A stretch of 64,000 nt of DNA from Candidatus Latescibacterota bacterium (GCA_965116885.1 OZ220741.1:3008001-3072000), one strand, 5' to 3'. Positions 8,662-18,041 are shown, numbered from the stretch's first letter. Made by a program: numbers and translations. Notes: generated from the letters alone by a model not told the origin.

Positions 8662-10044
8662 ATGGCAGAACCGCTTTTGGAGACATCTCCCGAGACAATG
8701 TCTCCACAAATTATCCAGGAACAAGATGACGCAGCAGAAGAAGTGTATGCGTTTATGGGATCTTTGCGGCCCTTTTGGGCGCGCGCATTGCTCTATATTG
8801 TGCTGCTGTTTGTGATTGTTGCCACTATCTGGGCGTGGTGGAGTAAGGTGGATGTGGTGGCATCAGCGCCTTTTCGGCTTGTGCCCCTCGGACAGGTGAA
8901 GACGATGCAGGCACAGCGAGGTGGTGAGATCGAGTTGATTGGTGTGAAAGAGGGAGATCATGTCGAGAAGGGGCAGGTGTTGTTCAAGCTGAAATCGTGG
9001 GAGACGTGGGGAGAGTTGCGGGAATGGGAGCAGGCAAAGATGGCTTTTCAAAAGGCAGAGTATGATTTCAAGACGGTGTTGCCACAAAGGGCAAGGTTAA
9101 ATCGAGAGACGATAGGAGCACTGGAGCAACGTCTCTCTGTTTTGCAGCAGTTTATGGTGGCACACCAGAATGCATTGGAAGATTATCAAAGCGATGTGGG
9201 GGATGTTGTGGGATCGAAAACCACAACATCTGACGCGGGGTTGCAAGCGCAGATTGGATTTCGACAGGCTGAGATTGATCATTTGAAAGGGGAGTTTTTG
9301 CAGCAAAAGACGCTGTTTGAGCGCGAGTTGATCAGTCGGGCGGATATGAATCGCGCACGCGTGCAGTATTTGAGTGCTCTGTCCGCACTTCCGGGACGTA
9401 TGTCAGAGATATACAAGAATGAAATGGCTGTGGCTGATCTCAAGCGGCAAATCACAGAAGCGCGTATTGCACACGGGCGCGAGGCATCGCAGATGCGACA
9501 CGCTTATGAGACTGCACAATTGCGATTAGAACAGGCGCGCAAACGCATTGATCGCACCCTGGAGGCCGAGTCGGATTTGATCTTAGCACCTGAAACGGGG
9601 ATTGTCACACAGGTGATGGTGAATGCGATGGGACAGGTGATCAGCAAGGGGCAGGCTTTGGTTGCACTGGCACCTGCTGCTGCGCCGATGGTTGCAGAAG
9701 TAATGGTGTTGAATAAAGATGTGGGCTTGCTTAAAGTTGGGCAGTTGGTCAAGCTGAAATACGATGCGTATGCCTTTCAGGATTTTGGTATCAAACGCGG
9801 ATGGCTTACACACATCTCACCCGATGCAGTGATTGATGGACATATTGGACCGATATTTAAGTGCGTTGTTGAACTGGAAGAACATACGATGCATGTGAAA
9901 GGGTATGACAAACCTCTGATGTTCGGCATGAAGGGTACGGCAGAGATGATGACAGACCGGCAATCGGTTTTGCTGATGTTGCTTTCTCCTTTGCGACAGC
10001 TTTACGAGTCGGCGAAGTACGATGTTCAGGAGGGTGCGTTGTGA
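8662..10044 (+). CDS. HlyD-family type I secretion membrane fusion protein
   Basis: Single N-terminal TM helix, VKEGDHVEKGQVL, long coiled coil, APETG, FGMKGTAE; starts immediately after the exporter stop. Confidence 0.93.
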   Translation: MAEPLLETSPETMSPQIIQEQDDAAEEVYAFMGSLRPFWARALLYIVLLFVIVATIWAWWSKVDVVASAPFRLVPLGQVKTMQAQRGGEIELIGVKEGDHVEKGQVLFKLKSWETWGELREWEQAKMAFQKAEYDFKTVLPQRARLNRETIGALEQRLSVLQQFMVAHQNALEDYQSDVGDVVGSKTTTSDAGLQAQIGFRQAEIDHLKGEFLQQKTLFERELISRADMNRARVQYLSALSALPGRMSEIYKNEMAVADLKRQITEARIAHGREASQMRHAYETAQLRLEQARKRIDRTLEAESDLILAPETGIVTQVMVNAMGQVISKGQALVALAPAAAPMVAEVMVLNKDVGLLKVGQLVKLKYDAYAFQDFGIKRGWLTHISPDAVIDGHIGPIFKCVVELEEHTMHVKGYDKPLMFGMKGTAEMMTDRQSVLLMLLSPLRQLYESAKYDVQEGAL

Positions 10045-10826
10045 TGGCAGAGGATGCTACGTTGATTCAGGTTAATGGTACCGAGGTGTCGTTGCGCCAG
10101 GTCGTGCGGCAGATGGGTGTTGCTGATAATCTGCGTTTTTTTAATGAATTTGCGCGTAGAGAATTGATCCGGCAACTTGCCCGACGTGAGGGCGTTTGTG
10201 CAGCACAGGAAGATATTCAGCGCAAGGTGAATGAATGGCGGTATAAGCATCGCCTCGAACGGGTGGAAGATACAGAGGCCTATCTTACCAAGCGGGGTAT
10301 TACGCTTCGGAATGTGGCAGAAGATGCCGAGGTGAGGCGGCTGGAGTTTTTGCTGTCTGAGAAGATCGCCGAGGGACAGGTCGAACCGTATTTCGCGCAA
10401 CACACACTTGAATTTGATGAGGCGGAGATTTGCTGGATTTTTCACGCGGATGAGGGTGTGATCGAGGAGGTTGATTTGCAGATACGAGAAGATGGTGCAG
10501 ATTTTTACGCGATGGCGCGTCGGTTTTCTCAAGATGTACGCACGCGATCAGGTAGTGGCTTTTTGGGTTGTGTGCGGCGCAAGCAGTTGCCAAAGGGGAT
10601 TGCTGCGCGCGTTTTTGCTGCTTCATCAGGTGAAATTTTGGGACCGGAAAAAGTATCGAAAGGATTTGCGCTATATTTATTGCAGAAACGCTACCCAGCA
10701 ACACTAAATGAACGGACAAAAAAGGAGATCCGCAAGCACCTGTTTAATCAATGGTTGCAACGAGAAGTACAGCGGGCAGATATACGGTATCCGATTTGGG
10801 GATCGCGAAAGCAGACGTTAAAATAG
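10041..10826 (+). CDS. PpiC/parvulin-like peptidyl-prolyl isomerase-type chaperone associated with type I secretion
   Basis: DFYAMARRFSQD...GSGFLG...GEILGP parvulin-like segment; overlaps the HlyD stop. Confidence 0.8.
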   Translation: MMAEDATLIQVNGTEVSLRQVVRQMGVADNLRFFNEFARRELIRQLARREGVCAAQEDIQRKVNEWRYKHRLERVEDTEAYLTKRGITLRNVAEDAEVRRLEFLLSEKIAEGQVEPYFAQHTLEFDEAEICWIFHADEGVIEEVDLQIREDGADFYAMARRFSQDVRTRSGSGFLGCVRRKQLPKGIAARVFAASSGEILGPEKVSKGFALYLLQKRYPATLNERTKKEIRKHLFNQWLQREVQRADIRYPIWGSRKQTLK

Positions 10827-10868
10827 AGGTATTGTTCTCGTTTTCTGGAAATGGCAATGATTATTCGT

Positions 10869-10897
10869 TTGACAATACTACCATAATATGATAGTTT
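10869..10897 (+). promoter_or_regulatory. Sigma70-type promoter of the methyltransferase gene
   Basis: TTGACA (10869-10874), 17 nt spacer, TGn extended -10 TAGTTT (10892-10897); GGAGG RBS downstream. Confidence 0.65.
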
Positions 10898-10925
10898 ATA
10901 CATACATATTTGGAGGATAAAATTT

Positions 10926-13604
10926 ATGAGTCAAAAATACAAAGCTGTTTACTTTCCAGATCTCCCGGCTCCTACATCTCAACAAAAATCGTTGACCTTA
11001 GCGTTTGGCAAGAAAACACATGGATTATATGAGCATGTTAAAGATCTTTCCAGTGCTGAACTGCGCCAGTTGTTGGGTAATGATTATCGAACCCTTGTGG
11101 CTAATGCTGAAGCGCAGGACTTGCCATTAAATACCTATTGTCTTCGACAGTTAAAGCAATCAATAACTCTCATTCAGGAACAAGCACCTCAGCTTTCACT
11201 GCCAAGCATTGGTGTCGAAACAAAATTATTCGACCCAGTAAGTGTGACTTTCAAGGGCGGACGAAAAGAACCTTATGTGCGATGGTATCCTTACTTAGAG
11301 GGATATTCGACTCAATTTGTAGAATCTATCTTGGAAAATTACGCCCCAAATGCACGGGTGATTCTTGATCCCTTTGCTGGAACGGGCACCACAGCCTTCA
11401 CTGCGTCGCAACTTAACAAAACAGCATATTTTTGTGAGATAAATCCTGTATTACAATTTATTTCTACAACAAAAATACGAGTCCGACGATTAAAATTATC
11501 TCAGCGCTGCACGTTAGCTCAAGATCTCATTCAATCAAAAGAGACGCTAAAGAAACTGAAAAAATTCTCGCGAAATTACATCTTACACCAGGCATATACG
11601 CAAACCTTTGGTGATAGTCTATTTTTTGATGAGCCTGTTTATGACCTGGTTTTGCGAACGAGATCATGGATTGATGAAGTTGCTCGTGAGAATCCAATGT
11701 TAGCTGACTTAATTGTGGTTGCTACCTTATCGGCCCTCGTTCCGGCATCTCGGATGAAGCGAGCAGGTGATTTGAGATACAAAACACCTGAAGAGCTTGA
11801 ACGGCAAACAATTCCCTTAGTTGAAGGTATCTACCAGAATATTGATCTGATAGCTCATGATATTCGAAATGATGTAAATGGTTTGGAAACGGAGCCGCTG
11901 TTGATATGTGAAAATGCTCGCCTATTAGATAACCTATCACCTCTAAGTGTTGATACTGTCATAACCAGCCCGCCTTATGTAAATGGAACAAACTATTTTC
12001 GCAACACAAAGATAGAATTATGGTTCTTGAATTGCCTGAAGGAAAAGGAAGATTTGACAAAATTTCGTGCGGCATCTGTAACGGCAGGCATCAACGATGT
12101 TACCGTTGCAAAAGTGCCTGTTTCGTCTCATCCAGATGTTCAAAAGATCGTTTCAATTCTCGAAAAGGAAGCTTATGACTCCCGCATTCCCCGCATGATT
12201 ACCAGCTATTTTAGCGAGATAACAGACATATTTCGGGCAATTCGCTCTCACTTGACGCCTGAAGCGACAGTGGCGATTGATATTGGTGACTCATGCTATG
12301 CAGGTATCCACGTTCCGGTTGATCAGTTGTTATCAACGTGTTTGCAAGATCTGGGGTTTGTTCAAGAAGATTATGTGACGCTACGACAACGCAAATCCAG
12401 AGGTGGGATGTTGCTTAAACAATCACTGCTTGTTTTCAAGTATAGTCAAAAAAAGAAATACAAAAAAAAGGAGAGAATTCCTTACTGGAGTGCCGAATGG
12501 GACAGTTTCAAGGAAAACCTGCCTCATCAAAAAACGCCATTTACAAAACGCAACTGGGGGAATGCCCGGCACTCTCTATGCTCATACCCGGGAAAACTAA
12601 AGCCTGCTATCGCACATCACCTGGTGCAGACATTTGTCCCGAAAGGTGGGCGGATTTTAGATCCTTTTGCGGGGGTTGGAACAATCCCATTTGAAGCGGC
12701 ATTGGCTGATAAACTCGCCTACGGTTTTGAGATCAGTCCTGCTGCTTTTGCTATTGCCAGCGCAAAGGTTCAATGCCCCACGAAGGAAGGCTGTGAGGTA
12801 GTTATTCAAACAGTAAAAAATTTTATTAAATGTAATTCAACTACTGATCAGGAAATCACTGAAGTTAAGCATCTGGGTTTCAATGGTAAAATTGCCGAGT
12901 ATTACGAACCCCAAACCATGAGCGAAGTTATCTTGTCTCGCCGCTACTTCCAGGTTCATCCACCGGAGACTCCAGAAGATCGATTTGTGTTTGCCTCACT
13001 GCTGCATATTTTACATGGCAATCGCCCATACGCCCTCAGTCGTCGCTCTCATCCGCTTACACCTTACAAACCGACAGGAGCTTATGAATACCGCCCGCTA
13101 ATAGATCGGCTACGCGCAAAGGTTCAAAGAAGTCTGGCCGAAAATTTGCCTGTAGATTTTCGATCCGGCAAGATGTTCTTCCAAAGCGCAACAAATTGGT
13201 GGCCTCAAGAAGTTGATCAACTGGATGCCGTTATTACGTCCCCTCCCTTCTTTGACAGTACTCGATTTTATCTCGCGAACTGGTTGCGTTTGTGGTTTGC
13301 CGGTTGGTCTGCACTCGATTTTGATACCTGTCCATCTGTTTTTATTGATGAACAACAAAAGAAGAGTTTTGATGTCTATATCCCGATTTTGCGTCAGGCA
13401 AGGGAGCGACTTAAATCTGATGGCGTTGTTGTTTTGCATTTGGGGAAAAGTGCAAAATGCGATATGGCTGCTAACTTACAGAAACTTAGTAAAAGGTGGT
13501 TTCGTTCAGCCGATCTTTTCGATGAAAGTGTCGCCCACTGTGAATCCCATGGTATTCGTGATAAGGGAACGGTTACATCCCATCAGTATTTGGTCTTGTA
13601 TTAG
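10926..13604 (+). CDS. Fused double DNA amino-methyltransferase (probably N4-cytosine)
   Basis: Two motif sets: LDPFAGTGTT...ITSPPY and LDPFAGVGT...ITSPPF, joined by a Lys-rich linker. Confidence 0.88.
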   Translation: MSQKYKAVYFPDLPAPTSQQKSLTLAFGKKTHGLYEHVKDLSSAELRQLLGNDYRTLVANAEAQDLPLNTYCLRQLKQSITLIQEQAPQLSLPSIGVETKLFDPVSVTFKGGRKEPYVRWYPYLEGYSTQFVESILENYAPNARVILDPFAGTGTTAFTASQLNKTAYFCEINPVLQFISTTKIRVRRLKLSQRCTLAQDLIQSKETLKKLKKFSRNYILHQAYTQTFGDSLFFDEPVYDLVLRTRSWIDEVARENPMLADLIVVATLSALVPASRMKRAGDLRYKTPEELERQTIPLVEGIYQNIDLIAHDIRNDVNGLETEPLLICENARLLDNLSPLSVDTVITSPPYVNGTNYFRNTKIELWFLNCLKEKEDLTKFRAASVTAGINDVTVAKVPVSSHPDVQKIVSILEKEAYDSRIPRMITSYFSEITDIFRAIRSHLTPEATVAIDIGDSCYAGIHVPVDQLLSTCLQDLGFVQEDYVTLRQRKSRGGMLLKQSLLVFKYSQKKKYKKKERIPYWSAEWDSFKENLPHQKTPFTKRNWGNARHSLCSYPGKLKPAIAHHLVQTFVPKGGRILDPFAGVGTIPFEAALADKLAYGFEISPAAFAIASAKVQCPTKEGCEVVIQTVKNFIKCNSTTDQEITEVKHLGFNGKIAEYYEPQTMSEVILSRRYFQVHPPETPEDRFVFASLLHILHGNRPYALSRRSHPLTPYKPTGAYEYRPLIDRLRAKVQRSLAENLPVDFRSGKMFFQSATNWWPQEVDQLDAVITSPPFFDSTRFYLANWLRLWFAGWSALDFDTCPSVFIDEQQKKSFDVYIPILRQARERLKSDGVVVLHLGKSAKCDMAANLQKLSKRWFRSADLFDESVAHCESHGIRDKGTVTSHQYLVLY

Positions 13605-13608
13605 CGCC

Positions 13609-14628
13609 CTACTTCTGATGTAGTACTCGCTGATACTCTTGATCGGCTCGCTGAATCCATGCGGGTGAAATAGTCGTTGAATACTTAAAAAAGTCAAAAT
13701 TTTCATTCTTTAAAATCTGATTGCGTAGCTTGATAATTTCTCTCATATAGGCTGCATATTTTGTCAAAAGATGATCAACCTGTTCAGCGGTCTTGAGGCG
13801 TTCAATGGCTTCGGGGTTATAGTAAGCTGATCCAGCGAGTCTCTCGTATTGAATACCTGTCAGAATTGAGAGTTCTCTTAACTCGTTATCCGAGTAGTAC
13901 TCTGAAGGCCATTTGTCCGATTTCTCTCCATTATGTTCTCGACATAGCAGCGTCGCATTTTCAGTTGTCAGAGGCCATAAAAAAACAGCGGGAAGTGTGT
14001 GATCAAGCGGACGTTCTTTGGCATCAGCTACTTTTCGCAGGTCTTTTCGGCACTTAAAACAACGATAGCCAAAATGCTTATAGACGGCTTCGCTGTCAAT
14101 TTTTTTAGTTGCAGATAGATCGAGATACATCCGTCGCTTTTGCGCTGCTTCGCGATGTTGATCCGGCAACCGGGTTTGATTTTTTATAGCATTGTAAAAT
14201 TTTTTGCACAGACTACACTCGCCCTGGCGACCTGACTTTCGAGCGCTGTGTCGATCAAACATATGAAGTGGTTTAATCGTATTGCAGAGAATACAAAACT
14301 TATACTCTTGCGCTTCCTCAATATAGTCATCGTGCGGAATTGTAAACCGGCCTTCTTCAATAATGGATTTTGTTCTCCCATCTAACAGTTTGTGCAGTTC
14401 GTACTCAAAAAATAGAGTCTCGTCACCTGATCGAATGGCTGTCTCACAAATTGGACAGGTGAGTTCGAAATCATCGCCAATCTCATCTTTACGGATAAAG
14501 ATAAATTCCCTACACTCACTATTCAAACACTGGAAGCCTTTGAAGACAACATCTCCCATTCCCCGGACGTGATCTGCACGAATCTGATTAATTTTAGCGA
14601 CTCTTGTGTACGGCTTGCGTCTCGCCAT
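13609..14628 (-). CDS. HNH endonuclease with several Zn-binding Cys pairs; probable restriction endonuclease
   Basis: CLNSEC, CPIC, CILC, CSLC, CFKC, then LDHTLP...ENATLLCREHNGEK; convergent with the methyltransferase. Confidence 0.8.
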   Translation of the reverse strand: MARRKPYTRVAKINQIRADHVRGMGDVVFKGFQCLNSECREFIFIRKDEIGDDFELTCPICETAIRSGDETLFFEYELHKLLDGRTKSIIEEGRFTIPHDDYIEEAQEYKFCILCNTIKPLHMFDRHSARKSGRQGECSLCKKFYNAIKNQTRLPDQHREAAQKRRMYLDLSATKKIDSEAVYKHFGYRCFKCRKDLRKVADAKERPLDHTLPAVFLWPLTTENATLLCREHNGEKSDKWPSEYYSDNELRELSILTGIQYERLAGSAYYNPEAIERLKTAEQVDHLLTKYAAYMREIIKLRNQILKNENFDFFKYSTTISPAWIQRADQEYQRVLHQK

Positions 14629-14890
14629 TTTAATTTCCTTATCTTAGTGATGGCCCTATATCTGAGTATAAATCCAAATCGTAAGCATTCTTCAATCGCT
14701 ACGCCGATGGCTAACGCAAAACTCCATAATCGGATAACTCTAAACGAGGGCGCAAGGACACGCTCGTAAAAGAATATGCCGCATTCGAAGTCGAAAGCAT
14801 CGCCAAACTACACAGGCCTAGAATCTCTAAGATGTCTTAGGTGCAGGTAAGCTAAGACATGCACCATTCTATACGGTATGTTGAGAATAG

Positions 14891-16231
14891 TTAGTCTGTA
14901 GAGTGAGGAATCTCGGGCTGGAAATCTTTTCCAAATAGCTTTTTATATCCGCGTGTAAATTCCTCTGTTTCTCTGAAATCCCGAAAAGCAGGCCAAGTTT
15001 GAAAACCTTCATCTGTTACTTCATCTTTTCCCATTCCACCCATGATTTGTTCTGCTACATCAAAATTTTCTAATAATACCTCACGTACAAGAAGAAATCG
15101 CGCACTTGCCGCACTCCAATCAACACTTGTGAGAAGGGCCTCCATTTTTTCCTTCTTACCACTCCATTTATAGGCCATTGCCCTATTCATAATAAAAACA
15201 CGCCTACTCAAGTCATTGGATATATGTTTATCAGGTAAGTCCATTCCATATTGGAATACAATGGCTGCGAATTCCCATCTTTCCTCTTTGAGATGATCGA
15301 ATCCCCAATCTAACAAGTGCCCATCGATAATCTCTAGTTTCTTTGGAAAGAGTCTTCGAGTGATACTTTGTGCAATGTATAATCCAAGTTCGTATACTAT
15401 TTCTACTGATCTATCAAAATATTCTTCTGATACATGTAGCTCTTCTCCCAATTTCTGATCTCCACTTAACGTGTATCCTGATTTTTTGCACGCTTCAAGA
15501 TAATGTCTATTGATAACACCACCTGAGTGTACGAATAAGTTCCGTCGTTGGACGAGTTCTGAAAGATCAGCCAATGAGGAAAATTTTTCTATTATTCCAA
15601 TTTTAAAGTGTTTGTCTAAGTAATCTAATTGTTCTAAGTGAGAATCACGAAGTAGGACGTCAATTTCCCTTTCAATAAATCGGTCTCGAATCTCATCAAT
15701 TGAGCGAGCATCTATGAATTCATCATATCTGAGCGTTTTATCACGATTTTTAAGTCTTTTCGGAAAAGTCCGATATGAAATCCTCAAAATTTCTGCCACA
15801 TGCTCATCAAGACACGATATTAGAAGAACAACAGACTGGCGACGGAACATATTTTGAGTGCGTACAATACGATTGACGATGCCGCTGAGGCGCTTTATTT
15901 TATTAATAAGTTGCCATACTTCATTGGATATTAAAATAGGAGAATTATCTGCACGTCGAAATTTAGACTCTATGACAGAAGCATTATCTGCTAATTCTTG
16001 TGAGAATTCTGCAGATTGTTGATTAAGCACTGGTACTACTGTATCAAACATTTCCCTTGCAGAATCGACATCTGTTAAAAATTTTCTTGTTGCATCGAGA
16101 AGCTCTTCATATGGTTTTTGTTGGCTCTCTTTTTCGTTTGGATCCGACTGAACTGGAGATTTCTTAGCCCGTGCTTTTTTTATGGGTGCTTTAGTCTTTG
16201 AGGTGTGCTTTGGTGCTCTGTTTTTAGCCAT
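14891..16231 (-). CDS. Hypothetical protein with HEPN-like RxxxxH motif
   Basis: AT-rich, helical-looking ORF containing ELVQRRNLFVHSGG; upstream helix VLLISCLDEHV. Confidence 0.6.
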   Translation of the reverse strand: MAKNRAPKHTSKTKAPIKKARAKKSPVQSDPNEKESQQKPYEELLDATRKFLTDVDSAREMFDTVVPVLNQQSAEFSQELADNASVIESKFRRADNSPILISNEVWQLINKIKRLSGIVNRIVRTQNMFRRQSVVLLISCLDEHVAEILRISYRTFPKRLKNRDKTLRYDEFIDARSIDEIRDRFIEREIDVLLRDSHLEQLDYLDKHFKIGIIEKFSSLADLSELVQRRNLFVHSGGVINRHYLEACKKSGYTLSGDQKLGEELHVSEEYFDRSVEIVYELGLYIAQSITRRLFPKKLEIIDGHLLDWGFDHLKEERWEFAAIVFQYGMDLPDKHISNDLSRRVFIMNRAMAYKWSGKKEKMEALLTSVDWSAASARFLLVREVLLENFDVAEQIMGGMGKDEVTDEGFQTWPAFRDFRETEEFTRGYKKLFGKDFQPEIPHSTD

Positions 16232-16325
16232 TTAATACCCTTATTGAAGAATATTTAAAAGTTGTGGTGGACCTGATCTGTTTTGGTGGGTACCTTATCA
16301 GTAGTTAGAAAGGCACCCTACTATG

Positions 16326-16464
16326 CTAGGTAGTGTCTGAAAAGCCTGATTTTTCCTCTAAATACCGATTTGGGCTATTCACCAAATCCTATAAAATAAG
16401 CTGTCTGATAAAATCGCTTACAGGTCATTTTAAGCTCAAAAGTGACTTTTCAGATAGAACCTAG
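16326..16464. mobile_element. MITE-like or internally deleted IS remnant, 139 bp
   Basis: Left end CTAGGTAGTGTCTGAAAAG versus reverse complement of right end CTAGGTTCTATCTGAAAAG (16/19 identical); CTAG at both ends; no transposase inside. Confidence 0.6.
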
Positions 16465-16487
16465 TATGCTTTGGATTTGGGAGTACG

Positions 16488-17339
16488 TCAAGGCATCACA
16501 GCTTCTTTCCCCTGGTATTCTCGGATCCAGCCTTTTAATGGCACGTCCTCTTCTGTTGGCGATGTATAGCCGTGAATGCCAGAAGGGGAATGCCGGCACA
16601 TTTGCTTTCGGATTGGACTCAGTTCATCCCAGAAATTTTTCACATTGCATTCGCCACGGGCTTGAAGCCAGCGATAAGCGTAGCCGTAGAAGAGCACCTT
16701 GCGGGGTTGCGTCCAATAATTTGCACTCGCCGAATGCCACAACCGACGGTCAAAGATAACGGCAGAACCCCGCGGTGCGAGGATGGGTACGGCGCTTTTT
16801 ACCATCTGATTGCGATTTCCATTCGGCCACTTCATCTTATTTTTTAACTGGCTTCCCGGTATGACGTGAAAATTGCCGCGCCCGGGTTCGCTTGTATCCG
16901 ATAGGAAGTAGGCCACTTTGACAGATAAGCGCGGCCTGGGGTTTGTCTCCATCTCCTGATTCACGCGCCCGGTATCTTGATGCCAGCCGATTCCCAAACC
17001 GCGTTTGCTATCTGGTGGTTCGGGAGGTGTCACGTTCAGGTGTGCCAGATAGATTTGAATATTCCAGCCCAAAATTCCCCAAACTTTTGGGAATGTGGTG
17101 TAGTGATCTATCAGGTCAATAAATGCACGATCCCGCCCCAGAAAGTCGCGTTCGTGAACCCGTTTATGTGGTTCAATTTTTTGCTTTTCGCGTTCTTCGG
17201 CATTGACGCGATCAACCGCTTTGGTCAGTTGCCTTCTTTTGACATCGCTGAGTGCGTTTTCAATGATGAGATAACCCCGATCTTCAAATTCGAGCCTTTC
17301 GTCTTCGGTCAGGCAATGGTTTAGCCAGCGTCTGTTCAT
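16488..17339 (-). CDS. Phytanoyl-CoA dioxygenase (PhyH) family Fe(II)/2OG enzyme
   Basis: FEDRGYLIIENAL, WHQD, VIPGSQ, FDRRLWH, distal Arg. Confidence 0.9.
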   Translation of the reverse strand: MNRRWLNHCLTEDERLEFEDRGYLIIENALSDVKRRQLTKAVDRVNAEEREKQKIEPHKRVHERDFLGRDRAFIDLIDHYTTFPKVWGILGWNIQIYLAHLNVTPPEPPDSKRGLGIGWHQDTGRVNQEMETNPRPRLSVKVAYFLSDTSEPGRGNFHVIPGSQLKNKMKWPNGNRNQMVKSAVPILAPRGSAVIFDRRLWHSASANYWTQPRKVLFYGYAYRWLQARGECNVKNFWDELSPIRKQMCRHSPSGIHGYTSPTEEDVPLKGWIREYQGKEAVMP

Positions 17340-17353
17340 GGCGTATCTCCTGT

Positions 17354-17821
17354 TTAAGAAAAGAGGTTGGCCTTTCTTTTTTTTCGATCCAGAATATAGA
17401 ATTTGATAAGTCCTATCCCGCCGATTAGACCACAGGGTATTACAATGAAGCGGTACATTGATACTTCGTCATATCGAAGCGATGCACCGGTCGCGCCTAT
17501 TGTCGCAACGACAAATGACAGGTGAATGAGTTTTTGAGATAGGTTTTTATTGACAAAGGTTGAGATCAGAATCAACGCGAGTGCGGTGTGGAAAATGACA
17601 AATCCCGCATAACCGTTTCGCACGGCGAGATCGAATTGCCAATCATAGCGATAAATCCATACCATGAGCACATGTGCCAGAATGATGAGTGCTATAGCGC
17701 GCCACAGCGCGATGGGGTGTTGTTCTCGCAGGGTGAGCACGACCATGATGGTTAATCCCACATATCCTGTGATAGCCAATAAAAATGTGATGAATATTTC
17801 CGTTGTTCCCGTTTCTACCAT
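17354..17821 (-). CDS. Hypothetical membrane protein
   Basis: About five hydrophobic segments; ATG 17821 follows AGGGAG. Confidence 0.65.
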   Translation of the reverse strand: MVETGTTEIFITFLLAITGYVGLTIMVVLTLREQHPIALWRAIALIILAHVLMVWIYRYDWQFDLAVRNGYAGFVIFHTALALILISTFVNKNLSQKLIHLSFVVATIGATGASLRYDEVSMYRFIVIPCGLIGGIGLIKFYILDRKKRKANLFS

Positions 17822-17926
17822 CGAAACTATTCTCCCTTTTTTGATATGCAATATATGGCATGATATTCTGAGGACAAGAGCGTTTCACAGGGCAACGCCT
17901 GTGTATGTTTGAGACATATCATGCAA

Positions 17927-17957
17927 AACGGGTTACGACGTATTGTCATAACCCGTT
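17927..17957 (-). terminator. Hairpin downstream of the tRNA-Thr 3' end
   Basis: AACGGGTTAcGAC-gtatt-GTCaTAACCCGTT. Confidence 0.6.
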
Positions 17958-17965
17958 GTTTTTTG

Positions 17966-18041
17966 TGGAGCCGCCCAGCGGACTTGAACCGCTGACCGCC
18001 TGATTACAAATCAGGTGCTCTACCAGCTGAGCTAGGGCGGC
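17966..18041 (-). tRNA. tRNA-Thr(UGU), CCA encoded
   Basis: Reverse complement GCCGCCCTAGCTCAGCTGGTAGAGCACCTGATTTGTAATCAGGCGGTCAGCGGTTCAAGTCCGCTGGGCGGCTCCA folds as a cloverleaf with anticodon TGT. Confidence 0.97.

Noticed and set aside
2076..10826. Classifying the cluster as a canonical glycocin, lanthipeptide or RTX secretion locus
   Set aside because: No SunS-like GT2, disulfide oxidoreductase, Lan enzyme or GGxGxD-repeat protein is present, and the cores are acidic.
1690..17990. Active integrative element with att sites at guaA or tRNA-Thr
   Set aside because: No integrase. Only short chance-level matches to the guaA 3' end were seen (about 9021 and 16472), and no duplicate of the tRNA 3' end.
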